From contig NW_005201732.1 in NCBI RefSeq assembly GCF_000372725.1, forward strand, positions 62,001-126,000: a stretch of 64,000 nt of DNA, in the 5' to 3' direction. The DNA is from Emiliania huxleyi CCMP1516 (Eukaryota). The translations under genes were made by a program, and so were the position numbers. This document shows, piece by piece, positions 49,301 through 61,402 of this stretch. Each line of letters starts with the position of its first letter. Position 1 is the first letter of the stretch. The notes under the pieces were generated by a model, which searched no databases, had not been told where the DNA came from, and was given only the letters and a program-made list of their open reading frames with translations.

Positions 49301-49717
49301 CCGGCGGAGGTACACCCGGAAGGACTTGCCCTTGGTGGTGCGGCTCCAGTACTCGTATCCGTCCGCGGCGGGCGTGGGGTGCGTGTCGTCGTCCTCCTGG
49401 ACGTGCGAAAGCATCTCATCGTACAGCGTGCCTCTGAAACCGTCGAGGGTGGAGGTTTTGTGCTGCGAGTAGGCGTTCTCGTCGCGTAGCAGCTGGAGCA
49501 TGTCCTCGTTCTTCCGGCTGTCGTCCCGGATCCAGAAGAGGTCGTCCGACAGCTCGAGCGGCTCCATTGGGTTTGGCCCGCGGTTCTCGCCATCGACGCG
49601 GCCAAACGTGACTGTGTGTGGCACGCGCTTGGCGATCGGCGGGGCTACGGCACTCATCATCCTCGGCGAGGTCGTGAAGGCGGCGGCGAGTGTGGCGAGC
49701 TTGCTCGGCAATCGCAT
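46393..49717 (-). CDS. ptrB: Oligopeptidase B (prolyl oligopeptidase family S9A), multi-exon
   Basis: PPIAKRVPH, WIRDDSR, YGYGSYG, AHIRGGGEMG, GRSAGG, EEWEEWGNP, DPRVAYWEP, AGHFSA. Confidence 0.93.
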
Positions 49718-49875
49718 GCACCGATGAAAACGGCACCGATGAAAACGCAGGCTCCGCCACTTGCCGGCGTGGGCTGCGGCGTGGAAGTGCGCGATGTTTT
49801 TCTTCTTCTTTGTTTCTTACCTGGAGCTTCAGGAAAATAATTTCAACAAAACAACAATTTGTCCGCCGCCGACTC

Positions 49876-50967
49876 TTAGACTCCGCCACCTCGCAAACTC
49901 ATCCAACCGTACACATCCTCCGATCGGCCGTGGATGATGTCCTGGTACCTCTGCTGTAGCCGCTCGGTGATCGGGCCCCGCCTGCCGTTGCCGATGGCGA
50001 TGCGGTCCAGCGAGGCGATCGGCATCACCTCGGTCGCGGTGCCCGTGAAGAAGAGCTCGTCCGCCACGTAGAGCGCCTCCCGCGGGATCGGCTCGATGCG
50101 GACGGGCACACCCGCCTCTGCGGCGAGCTGCAGCGCGGACGCGCGAGTCAGCCCCTGCAGGTTCGAGCCGTTGATCGGCGGCGTCGCGATCTCGCCTAAG
50201 GACGCGGTGCCGGGTCCCGCGGTGCCGGGAGAGGTTCCAGGCCGTTGACAGGTGGGCGTCGACATCTCTTTGACTCGCGCACCGTCGCGCACGACGAACA
50301 GGTTCTGTCCGGAGCCCTCGGAGACCATGCCGTCGCTCCCCAGCGCGACCGCTTCCACGTACCCGTTCGCCTGCGCCTCCATCTTGATGAGCGCGGCGTT
50401 GTTGTAGTTGCCAGCCGCCTTGGCCATGCCAGGGAACGTGTTTGGCGCCGGCCGCGCCCAGCTGGCGGTGCAGCAGTCGATGCCGGTGGAGAAGGCGTCG
50501 GCGCCGAGGTACGCGCCCCATTTCCACGCGGGGATGTAGCATTCGACCGGCGAGCCCTTGCCATCCATGCCGACTGCTCCGTACCCGCGCAGGACCATGG
50601 GGCGGATGTAGCAGCCGTCGTGCAGCCCGTTGGCCTCGACGACGTCAAAGCACGCGGCGGCGAGCTCTTCCGCGCTGTAGGGCACGTCGACGCGGTACAT
50701 CTTGCACGAGTCGAGCAGCCGGCGCAGGTGGCCGTCGAGGTGGACAATGGCAGGACCGCTCGGCGTGCCGTAGCAACGGATGCCCTCGAAGAGTGAAGAT
50801 CCGAACTGTACCGCCGTCGAGAGGATGTGCACGTTTGCCTCTTTCCACGGGATTAGTTCGCCGTCCTTCCAAATCGTGCTCGCCTCTGGAAAGCCAGATG
50901 CGCAGCGGCGAGCGGACGTGCCGGCGGCAGCGCGGAAGCCACTCGCCCGTCGCGTCGCGCGAAGCAT
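49876..50967 (-). CDS. ilvE: Branched-chain amino-acid aminotransferase with organellar transit peptide
   Basis: FEGIRCY, YIRP, AKAAGNY, EGSGQNLF, DELFFTGTATEV. One stop-free in-frame intron near 50200-50280. Confidence 0.93.
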   Translation of the reverse strand: MLRATRRASGFRAAAGTSARRCASGFPEASTIWKDGELIPWKEANVHILSTAVQFGSSLFEGIRCYGTPSGPAIVHLDGHLRRLLDSCKMYRVDVPYSAEELAAACFDVVEANGLHDGCYIRPMVLRGYGAVGMDGKGSPVECYIPAWKWGAYLGADAFSTGIDCCTASWARPAPNTFPGMAKAAGNYNNAALIKMEAQANGYVEAVALGSDGMVSEGSGQNLFVVRDGARVKEMSTPTCQRPGTSPGTAGPGTASLGEIATPPINGSNLQGLTRASALQLAAEAGVPVRIEPIPREALYVADELFFTGTATEVMPIASLDRIAIGNGRRGPITERLQQRYQDIIHGRSEDVYGWMSLRGGGV

Positions 50968-51762
50968 CACTGTACCCTTCTTCTCTCGTAGACCTCGCGA
51001 GCGGGCAGTGTGGTAGTCAGGTCAGGGCAGTGTGGGTTTCACCGCATTACGGGTCGCGGTCGACAGACCTGCAACTTTTTGCGGGGACGGTATGGTCGGC
51101 CAAAGGGTAAGGGGGTATGTAGGAGCACGTGCCCGTGTCGCGGAGCTGCTGCAGCTGTTCCACGCTCCACTCGCCGACACCCTTCTGGTGGTGCTCAATG
51201 TCGCGCTACTAAGCTGCCCCGCATCATCGCGGACGAGCCCTCGTCAGAAAAGAAAGAAAATAGACAACCCTCGTCGCTTAGTCCTGAGCCACGCGCACGG
51301 ACAATTCTTTATCTCAAAGAAAGAAAGAAAGAAAACAGACAACCCAAGGGAGGGATGGGTGGGAGGACGGCACGCCGCCAGCCCGCCACCACACAGGGAT
51401 TTTAAGGAGAGGAGTGTGGTGTTAGCCGTTGCCCATCCACCCTAATTCTTTATCTCAGTAAAAGAAAGAAAGAAAGAACAGACTACAACCCAAACGAGGG
51501 ATAGGGGAGGAGGACAGGGTCCCCACCTGCACGAGCAGGATTTTGGAAGGACGATCAGGGGGACAGGTGGGCTCTCCTACTCCTGACAAGGGACACGACA
51601 GGCTCGCAGCGCGGTGCACGGTTACCTCAGTAAAGAAAGAAAGTTAAATATGTTAGTGCCAGTGCGCGCCAGTCCCGAGTACCAGAAAATTCTTTAAAGC
51701 GGCTGGCCCAGGGAAAGCTTTCTCGCCCTCCCTGCTTCCTCGGACGGCTGTAGCTCCCACGC

Positions 51763-54096
51763 ATGATCTGGTCTCTCGTGATGTGCGCGTCCCTGGTCAC
51801 GCATGCGCCATCCGCCACCGTCTTTCGCCGCGCCCGGCCGGAGGAGTCGGCCGACATCGCCGTCCTCCGCGTGCACACCTTCTGCGGCCACCTCCGTGCC
51901 CCGTACAGCCGCTACCTGCAGCAGCGCGTATTTGAGGAGTCCATGGCCGCCAAGACGGCAACGGTCGTCGCCGTGGCAGCCAGTCGGGCCGTCGCGGGTG
52001 AGGCTGGCCCGATTCTCGGCTGCGCGGACCTGCTCCAGGCGACGACCGCTTCGTGCTACGTGACGAACGTGGCAGTTCATGCGCAGGCGCGGCGGCGCGG
52101 CATCGCGCGCGGGCTAATGCGCCTCGCGGAGGCGCAGGCGCTCTCCCTCGGCGGCGAGGAGCTCGTGCTGCACGTGGAGGAGGTGCCGCCGAGACTCCTC
52201 CGAGACACTTCCGAGACTCCTCCGAGACGCCTCCGAGACGCCTCTGAGACTGCGGAGTTAGCCACCCGAGCCTGAGCCGCTGACCCCGCGGCCTGGCCAC
52301 GCAGGACAACGCGCCCGCGCTCGCGCTGTACGAGGCGATCGGCTTCGCGCCGCTGCTCGACGAGCCACAGCGGTCCTTCTTCTCCGCCGCCACCTTCACC
52401 GACGCCTCTGCGCCGCCGCAGCGCCTGCTGCGGAAGCGCCTCCATGCGACGGCCATCGCACGCGGCGGGCTCCCCTCGATGAGCGCGGCGGCGGCCGGCC
52501 TGGACGCTCCTCGGGGCGACGGCGCGCGGGCAGGCGCTCTCGCTGTCGCCAGGAGGTCGCACACACGCTCGGACCCTTCTCGGACCCTTCTCGGAGCCGT
52601 CCCCTAGGCGCCTCGCCGACGCTGGAGGAGGTGGCCGAGGTGGCCGAGGCGGCGGGCCGCGCGGCGGCGGCGCTCGTGCGCGACCGGCTCGCCAGCGGCG
52701 TGCTGGAGAGGCGGCGCGAGGTCGCCCTCTCGGATGTCGAGACTGTGCCGAGAGTAGGGTCGGGGCCGGCGTGCTCAAGACGAAGGCGACGCGCGGCGAC
52801 CTGCTCACCGCGGTGGACGGGGAGGCGCAGGAGGTCATCGAGGCGGCCGTGCGCGCTGCCTTCCCCGCCCACGCCTTCCTTGGCGAGAGGAGCCGTCTCG
52901 GAGCCTCCTCCTCGCTGCACGCCCTGTTCGGACCTTCCTCGGACCCTTCCCCCACAGGAGAGGAGAGCGTGCCCGCGGGCGCGACGGCGTCCGCAGACGC
53001 GCTGCGCTGCGCGCTGGACGCGTGCGGCAGCGACTGGCTCTGGGTCGTCGACTTTCTCGACGGGACCAGGAGGTGTGAACAGCGTCTCTTCACACCCATT
53101 GCTGTGAACAGGTCGTCGACCCTCTTGATGGGACGACCAACTTTGTGCAGAGCTTGCCGCTGGTGGGCGTCTCGATTGGAGTGGCGCGGGGCGAGGAGGG
53201 CGCGGGGCGGGCCTTGAGGCGGGCCAGAGAGGAGCCGAGGGGAGGCTCATCTTAGGCGCGCCGCGTGGGCGAGGCGGCGGAGCAGCGATGGGAGGTCGTC
53301 GTCGGCGTCGTGGTCGACCCGTTCCGCGAGGAGACCGTCACCGCCACCCTCGGAGGCGAAGACTCTTCCGAGACGCTTCCGAGACGCTTCCGGGACCCTT
53401 CCGAGACGCTTCCGAGACGCTCCGCGAAGAGGCTGCCGCCGCCGCCATCGCCACTTCCACCGCCACCGCCACCGCCACCGCCGCCACCGCCGCCGCCACC
53501 CCCCCTTGCAGGCGGCTGCACGCTCAACGGCTCTCCCGTCCGCGTCGGGGTCGAGCCACTCGCTGACGCTGTCGTCGCCACCGGCTTCGCTCCAACCGAG
53601 GCGTCGTCTCTCTCGACGCTTCTCGGCCAAACCTCGTCCCGCATCTCGACCGTCCCTCGGCTGCTTCTCCAGGCGTCTCTCGCGCCCATGGTGCGCGGGA
53701 TCGCGGCGGTCGGCGCGCGCGCACGCACCGTCCGCATGCTCGCCTGCCTAGATGCGGAACATAGGGAGACGACACGCAGTCGGCGGTCAGCGCCCAGTCT
53801 TCCCGCGATGCTCTGACACCGGGCGCGAGCTCGTGCTCAGGCTCGGCTCCGCGGCAATCATGCTCGCGTGGGTCGCGTGCGGCCGCCTCTCCGCCTACTT
53901 TGAGGCCGACCTCAACGCGTGGGACTCCGCGGCGGGCGTGCTGCTCGTGCGCGAGGCGGGCGGGCTCGTGAGCGACCTGCGGGGAGGGCCCTTTGGCATC
54001 GCCTCGCGGCCGATGCTCGCGTCCAACGCCGCGGCGCACGCCGAGCTGCGGGAGGTGCTGCGAGACGCGCGCGTGCTGGGCCTCGACCCGCTCTGA
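51763..54096 (+). CDS. GNAT acetyltransferase joined in frame to inositol monophosphatase, multi-exon
   Basis: GNAT motifs [14 protein letters not shown] and [13 protein letters not shown]. IMPase motifs [28 protein letters not shown]. No stop between them if intron 52534-52607 is spliced. Confidence 0.75.
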
Positions 54097-55957
54097 CACA
54101 CACACGCGCGTCTGCCAACACGGCGTCCTCCGTAGTGTCCACGCCGGCTCCTTGTGTTCTCGATGAGACCGGGCGGCGCTTACCGTCTCGCCTCGCGGCT
54201 CTCTCAAAGGCGGCCAATCAAATCAGAGAACTTGTATTGTTTGTGTACACTGGAACAATTGAAGGAAAGGGCGAAAGAATTCTTGGCGGTTGGAACACTT
54301 TGAGCACATACAAGAAGTGTGGGGAGAAAGAAGAGGAGAGACGCCAGTGAAACGTGACGAAGCAGAGACTAGCGCAGACGAGAGCAGGGCAGACCCGGGG
54401 ACGGGGGAGTCGGAGAGCAGACGGCATCGGCCGCCGAGGGAGCGTTGGGAAGAGGCACGAGGAGGGCGGCGACCTCAACCGACTATGGAGGACCACAGTC
54501 GCCAGACGACGCAGGGCAGACGACGGGGAGGCGGAGCAGTCGCGCAGGGCGAGACGAGGGAGGGAGCAGGACTTTGCGGAGATCAGCAGGAGGATGTACG
54601 AAGAGATTAGGAGCAGCAGGGACCCGAGGGACCATGTGGAAGACGGCTAGTGCTAGTCCCCCATCGGGAGGACGACCCCGGCTAGTCGCCGACCACGCCC
54701 ACAGAGAACCCTGCACGAAGATCGCACGGGCGGGGGGACCTGTTCCTTTTTACCCATCTCACAGTAGAGGTCTCCGTTTTCATTTATTTCCACGTGCGAG
54801 CAAGAAAGAAAGCCCTGACGGGCACTTGGAGCACTTGGAGTGCAATCGGCAACCTCAGACCCAGGGCCGGGGAGCTATGAAGCGCGCCCAGCGGGCCGGA
54901 TGCTCGGGGACGGGCTACGAGGCCACAGTCCTTCCTGTGACACAGTGCCGGGCTCTGCAGACCAGCTGCAGACCTGCTGCGCGGCGGCTAGTGTGTGTGT
55001 GAGTGTGCTCACACGGCGGCTAGCACGGGAGTGCCGCAAAAGAAAAGACGTTGGCGAGGAAAGAAAAGACGTCGCGCGAGAATTGGCGAGAGACTGCAAA
55101 GAGAGAGTAGGAAGAGGCAGACGCCCAAGGGTGGGCGGCGGCTATAGCACCACACTCCTCTCCTTAATGCTTGAAATCCCTGTGGGGGCCGCGTGCCGTC
55201 CCGCACTGTGCGCTCCCATTCCCTCGGGTTTGTCGTCCGTTTTCTTTATTTCTCTCTTTGGCACACCGGGGGCTAAAAACGTCATTTTCACACATCATGC
55301 CGCATGTGTGCTCTTCCTCCCTCGGTAGGTCACCCGCAGGTGGCGGCTTCACACAGCCGCGCGTCCTCATCCGCCGGTGGCAGCCTCGTCCTCCCGGGGG
55401 CTGGCCACGCGAGAGACGTTACCTCTCGTGCCTTTTTTCGTAGGTTTGTCCTCCCATCCCTCTTGGGTTGTCTCTTTTATTTATTTCGTTCTTTGCTTCG
55501 TCAGGAGCCTTCGCCAGGTCTTGGACACAACAGCGATGCCGACTTAGGGTGCGGGGAGGGTCGGCGAGCACTCACTCACTCATTAGGGCGGCGCCGCAGG
55601 GCCGGGGCGCGGCCCTGGCCACGGCCTCGCCGACCACTAGAAGGCGGCCCCCACCCACTACGCGCACTAACTTATGAAGTGGGCGGGGTGGCGGGAGCGG
55701 GGAGGCAATCACCCACTAGCCCGCTCGCTGTGGCGGCCCACTCACTTCCGCACACCAAGTTAGTGCGCGTAGTAGCCGGGCTCGCCTCTAAGAGCACTAC
55801 GAGGGGGAGGGCTGTATGGACCGGCGAAATTCTTTTGACGGTGTACCTGTGTTAGTGCCAGTGCGCGCCAGTCCCGTGCCCAGTGTCGTGCGAGGGAGCT
55901 TATCGTAAAATTCTTTTGACTTCGCCCATCAAGCTGCGAAAGCTGTAGAACAATTGC

Positions 55958-56652
55958 ATGCTGGTCGCGTTTGCCTGCCTCACGGCGGCCCTCGTGGCGC
56001 CAATCCGGCCGCGCTCGTCGGCTCGCGCCGCCACCTCGATGTACGGCGGAATGATGAGCCCCTACCGATTCGAAAACATCGGCCCTTCCCGACTGAACAC
56101 ACCGTTCACCTTCGACTCGTCTTCTTCCACCGACCAATACTCACAGCGAATGATGTACGGGATGAGCCCCTATCGCGCGTACGGCGGCGGAGGCGGCTAC
56201 GATTACGTCCAGTATCGCCCGGAGCGGTACCGCGGTGGCATGCTTGGAGCGTACGGAGGCGGCGGCATGAGCCGCCTCGGCGGAGGCTGGGGCGGAGGGT
56301 ACGGAGGCGGCTACGGCATGAGCCGCTTTGGCGGAGGCTGGGGCGGAGGGTACATGGACTATGAGCCTTGGGAGGGGGGCCTCGGCATGGAATATGGACC
56401 CTACGACGGCTGGGGCGGCGGCTACATGGATTATGGGGACTATGGCCCGTGGGACGACTTTGGCGGGTTCGGGGGCGGCTACATGGATGGGCCCTGGGAC
56501 GATTTTGGCCCCTACGACGAGTGGCATGGCGGCGGATGCGGCGAGCCACGTCTCCTGTCCGCGCCCCGCGAGACGGCGCGTCTCTCACCCGTGTCACGAC
56601 CATAGGTGGCTTTGGCGGCTACGGCGGCGGGTACATGCGGGGCCGATGGTGA
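55958..56652 (+). CDS. Gly/Tyr/Met-rich low-complexity protein with signal peptide, 2 exons
   Basis: MLVAFACLTAALVAP N-terminus, GGGWGGGY and GPWDDFG repeats, intron about 56541-56605. Confidence 0.7.
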
Positions 56653-56999
56653 GCGCTGCTCCGAGGTGCTGATCTGTGCGCGGTGGGCGAGGTGGCGCGA
56701 TAACGCCGCGGCCGCGCGCATGCGGAGCCAGAGACGTGCACCACAACGTGCACTCTGATTGTGCGGTGCGATGTCTCAGTCTGAACTCTGCTTGAGAACA
56801 CGGGAGGGTGGCGGGTGTGTAAACCGTTCGCAGTAGCTTTGTTGTGTCCTCATGTGCATGTTGTAAAGTGAAAATTCTTTGAGCTAGCCTTAGCTCGCCC
56901 ACAGACATCCCGCACACCCGCCACCCGCGAGCCCCGGCCCCGGCCGGGAGAAAGGGGAGTGACAGAGAGCTTGGGAAATGGCCGCAGAAGCCAGAACGA

Positions 57000-57403
57000 G
57001 GCCGAGCGTTTTTGATCTCTGGATCTGTGGGGGGCCGAGCCGCTTCGGGGTGGCGGGCGGGCGGGCGTTTTTCAGAAAACAAGAGGGGGCCCGGGGGCCC
57101 GGGACCCCACTGGGAGTAGAAAATACGCCCAAGGGGGCCCAAGGAGGCGGCGCGGGGAAGCAGCATCAGGTGAGAGCAGGAAGGATGGCGCTTAGGGTCG
57201 TTTTTGAACAAGGGTTTCCAGGTTTTAGATCAGTATTGGTGTCGGCACACATCCCCACATTGAGGTCAGCGGCGCGCAGTGCCTCTCTCGCAGGCTGATT
57301 TTGGCTGTTTTCGCGCTTGTTTTTGTTTTCAGTCTAGGGGGCCCGACCCCCTCAGAGGCGGCGGGCGGGCGCCCACAGATCCAGAGATCAAAAACGCTCG
57401 GCC
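57000..57403. mobile_element. MITE with 3-bp TSD (PIF/Harbinger-like)
   Basis: 32-bp TIR GGCCGAGCGTTTTTGATCTCTGGATCTGTGGG with CGA on both flanks. Confidence 0.85.
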
Positions 57404-57577
57404 CGACTTATATGTTATAATCAACGCCAGTTCCCGAGCCGTGCCTAGTGTCGTGCGAGGACTTTGGCGCTTTGTGTATCTCGAGAGCCTGGGCGAATTT
57501 CTTTTCTAGTCGAGAGTGCGCCCGACAGAGAGAGAGAGAGAGATTTTTAGCAATACCTCAATACCGAACAACTCTAA

Positions 57578-57987
57578 CTTGGAGCACTTGGAGTGCAGTC
57601 AGTAACCGCACATCCAGGGCCGGGGGGCTGAGAAGCACACCCAGCGGGCCGGATGATTGGCATCGGGTTGCGGGCAAGAGAGCCCTAGCCCTGGGGGGTG
57701 CGCGGTCGCAGGGCCATAACACGGGTCTTGGAGAGCACTTGGAGTGCAGTTATTAGCCTCACACCCAGGGCCGGGGAGCTGAGAAGCGCACCCAGCGGGC
57801 CGGATGATCGGGATCGGGTTACGGGCAAGAGAGCCCCTAGCCCTGGGGGGTGCGCGGTCGCAGGGCCATAACACGGGTCTCCGAGAGGGCTCCGTGTACC
57901 GGGTTTCCCCTTAACTGCAGAGCGCCCCCTCTTCCTAGCCCTAGGGGGGTGCGCGTTCGCAGGGCCATAACACGGGTCTCCGAGGGC
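57578..57987. repeat. ~150-bp tandem repeat (two copies plus a partial), with a related copy at about 54823-54910
   Basis: Unit CTTGGAGCACTTGGAGTGCA...CCAGGGCCGGGG...CAGGGCCATAACACGGGTC. Confidence 0.85.
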
Positions 57988-58086
57988 GTACAGAACGCTC
58001 CGGGTTTCCCTCAGCCGCGGAATTTTTCCACGCGCTTCCTTGGCCCCCCCTAGCAGCAGACCGCACCCCCTCTACTCGGAGCTAGG

Positions 58087-58380
58087 CAGGTGGTGAGCAA
58101 CGTGCGGCTGCTGGGGGGGCTGCTGCGGTTCGCCTTCTGCGGCACGTACGACTTGCGCGGCCGCCGCATGCAGCTCACCTTCGAGACGCTCCGAGTGAGG
58201 CTGCTCGGCTTCATCCGCTTCAGCCTCGACATGCGCGAGGGTCGCGGCGTGCGCAGCGTCATTGAGCGGCGTCTGCGCGGCATGCCCAACGAGTACCGAT
58301 GGTGCTTCGCCGGCCGACGACGGCTTGTGCGTGGCGCAGGGCACCTCTGGGTCTGTCGCCGTGTGGGTGGCGGCCTGACG
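58087..58380 (+). pseudogene. Orphan C-terminal fragment of a PAP/fibrillin-like protein
   Basis: ...YRWCFA / DDGLCVAQGTSGSVAVW after a 4-nt duplication frameshift. No upstream exons visible. Confidence 0.35.
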
Positions 58381-60557
58381 GCTTGTCGCCCTCCGATCGC
58401 CGTTGCTCGAGATTAGTATATGTGTCAGCGCACAAACTTCTTTCTAAAAATCTCTCTCTCAAACTTCGCCTTTGCGCGCTTGCTGCTCCAACCTGTTCAC
58501 ACTTTCGTACAGTTGCTGTCAGCCCCTGCATCCTGGAGCACCGGACCCTGGAGCCACACCCGTATAAACCTCGGTTCGACCTCGCGGTACGAACATGCAG
58601 CTTGCAGAAGCATGTGCGATCCTACCTTTTCCCGCATGTCGTCGCACCATCCCATCTCCGTGTACATCTTCGTCCACAATTGAACCGCGTTGCGAAGGCG
58701 CTGACAAGTCACCTCCTCCCTATGAGACATCGGCCTCGGCCCGAGAATCACCGTCACGACTCTCCGACGTCTCCTCATTCTCCGACGCCTCGTCGTGGAA
58801 ACGCAAACCAAGCCTTCACCGACTACACCCACAGCTCCATCCTCGTTACCTCGCTCGCACGCGCTCTCTCTCCACCAACGGCCTCAATGTACTGCTCAGA
58901 TTCGAGTGCGACTGGTCACGCTCGACCGCCTCGCTAGTCGCCGGCAGGGCGACGACCGCGTGCGGCGCATCGCCGGCCTCTTCGCTCCCGCCGGCGCCGT
59001 CCGTGTCTCCCGGCGGAGGCATCGCGTTTCGAGCCACAACGGACTGCGCGCTCCGCTTTTCGAACCACCAAAACTCGCCGACCCAGGTCCAGGTCCAGGT
59101 CCAGGTCCAACAAGTTTGCGCACGGCCTTCTAGCGCCGCGCGCTGGCCCCGGCTGCGTCCCCGCGCGGCCTGCCCGATGGCGTGGTGCCCGCCCTCCACC
59201 CACCTCCCCGCGCGGGGCCGCTCCGGGGCGACCCGGGCGCCCTCCGACCAAACTGCTCTATCTACCCTTATAAGTCTCTCGTGTCCGCGCCGACGCTCTT
59301 TTAACGTAGAACGTCCCAGCTGAACACCGCCCGCCACGATCGATCAGTCCACAATCGTCGGCCCGCAGCGACCCGCAGCGATGGATGCCGCCGCCCCCCC
59401 GGCCCCTACGGCCGACGCGCCGATGCACGACCGGCCTCCGTCGGACGGCTCTCCGGCCTCTCCGGCCGCTGCCGCCCGCGCTGCTGCCGATCCAGTCCCT
59501 CTCACGCTCAGCGATACCCGCACAACCTACGACAACTTTGGTCGCCGGCTTTGGCCAGGTGCAGCCACCACCTGCTTGCCTCCATGTTCACGCTTCGCGC
59601 CCCTCCCCCCCCTCTGACGCCGCCGTATGACCTTAGGTGAGGGGCACGACTACCCGCCTGGAAGGCGCTCTCATCAGCAAGTCACCTCCAGGCACCAACT
59701 CCTGGGCGTTTACGCTTGACTACGAAACCATGCAGTGGATGCAGCTCGATCAAAACGGCGACGCCAACAGCTGGCCCCTGGGCGAGTTCCTTGCGCTCAG
59801 GATGAGGTGCGAGCCATGATGCTCGACTATCAGCGTGCACCAAGTCGCTCACATTCCGTGAGTTCGTCGACGGGCCGAACTCTCCAAGTCGACGGCGATC
59901 TCGAACTCCGACAACTGGACCGGTGCACCAGCCGCGGAGGACGATGGCTCCCTCGACGACATCCCTTCATCGACGGACGCCTTCACCGCCGCCGGCCCTG
60001 GGCCATCCAGCGCGGCCTCCGACGGCCTGCACGTGATCGAGGTACAGAAACGGTGGCTGCCGCAGCTCACACCCTAATCTATCTCCCTTAGGCACGGAGC
60101 CAACGGAGCCATCGCGCATGCCCGCATCGCGTGCGGCTCCGAGGTCTCCCGCCGAGACCGGCTCGGCGCGGCGCGTGGCCGCACGCCGCCGTTGAAAAGG
60201 CGATAGGAGAGGGGAGAGCGCCGGCCACATCGAGCGAGCGCTGACGTGTAAGGTGTCTGCGCTGCTCCGGTGTGTGTGGGATTATGCCTCCCCCCATCTG
60301 TGCGGCGAGGTGTTTGCGGTGGGTGCGATGGCCGATCGTGCGCGATGGCCTACCATTGTGCGTGGTGTCGGTGTGTCGGTCGTCCGGAGCGTGTGGCGGC
60401 GCTTTGGCGTGCAGATCCTGCGTCTCTCACTGCCCGCGAACAACAGAGGCGGGTCCGCCGCAGGTCCCCCACTAGTTACTATCATATAACAGTACCCGGG
60501 TAGGAAAAACACAAGCTCGGAAATGCTAGCCTTCTAGCTCAGAGTTGTTGCTCGGAA

Positions 60558-61250
60558 ATGCTAGCCATCTCCACGTCCATGTCGTCGCTCACCGTGCCTC
60601 CAATCACCCTCTACACGCACACGGCCTGCCCGTTCGCCCAGCGCGTCGCGATCGCGCTCGAGGCGACCGGGCTGCCCTTCTCAAAAGTCGAGGTGTGTAC
60701 GTGCGCCTCACGAAGCGCGAGACGTGGGTACGGTACTCACGGCGTCACACATCTCATCTAGGTGAACCTCTATGGCCGCGGCGGCTTTGACAAGTCGCAG
60801 CTTCGCAGGGTGGAGTCGGACGGCGGGCTGAGACCAAAGGGCTACATCCCAGTCATGGCCATCGGCGACGAGGTGATCCGCGAGAGCTCCACCTGCGTTG
60901 AGCGGGTCGCCGCGCTGAGCGCCACTGCGCCGGGCGCCGTCTCGCTGGAGCCCGAGGATCCCCAGCTAGCGCGAGAGCTCATCCGCCTGTGCGATACGCT
61001 GCCAAAGGCGCCGCAGTCCGCTGCGCTAGATCAGCTGCTGCGCAAAGCTGACGCCGTCCTCGCGGCGAGGGGCGAGGCAGGTTATCTCGCAGGCAGTGCC
61101 TTCTCGGTCGCCGACGCCTGCTTGCTGCCCTTCCTGCAGCGCGTCGACCTCCCCACGGACGCGGCGGCGCTGCGAGGATACCTGGCCCGCGCGCACGCCA
61201 TGCCAGCCTTTTCGCGGACGGTAGTCGATTCGTGGTGGTGGTGGTGGTGA
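60558..61250 (+). CDS. Glutathione S-transferase (Cys-type, omega/lambda/DHAR-like), 2 exons
   Basis: CPFAQR, IPV...ES, GYLAG..FSVAD. Intron about 60693-60761. Confidence 0.9.
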
Positions 61251-61402
61251 GCTCGACGCGCACTGTTAGGTCATGCACATGCCGGTTTTAGTCCGCATGT
61301 CGGTGTGTATGGTGTGCCATGGCAGGGTATAGAAAACGAGATACACGCGAGATACCACACCGCTCTTTTCGCACAAACTAAATCACTTATCACTGTGCAT
61401 TC

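Noticed and set aside
50197..50283. Novel insertion in the BCAT protein
   Set aside because: Better explained as an in-frame, stop-free GT-AG intron.
58420..60500. Possible retroelement ORF1 or gene
   Set aside because: Short interrupted frames with no recognisable domain or termini.
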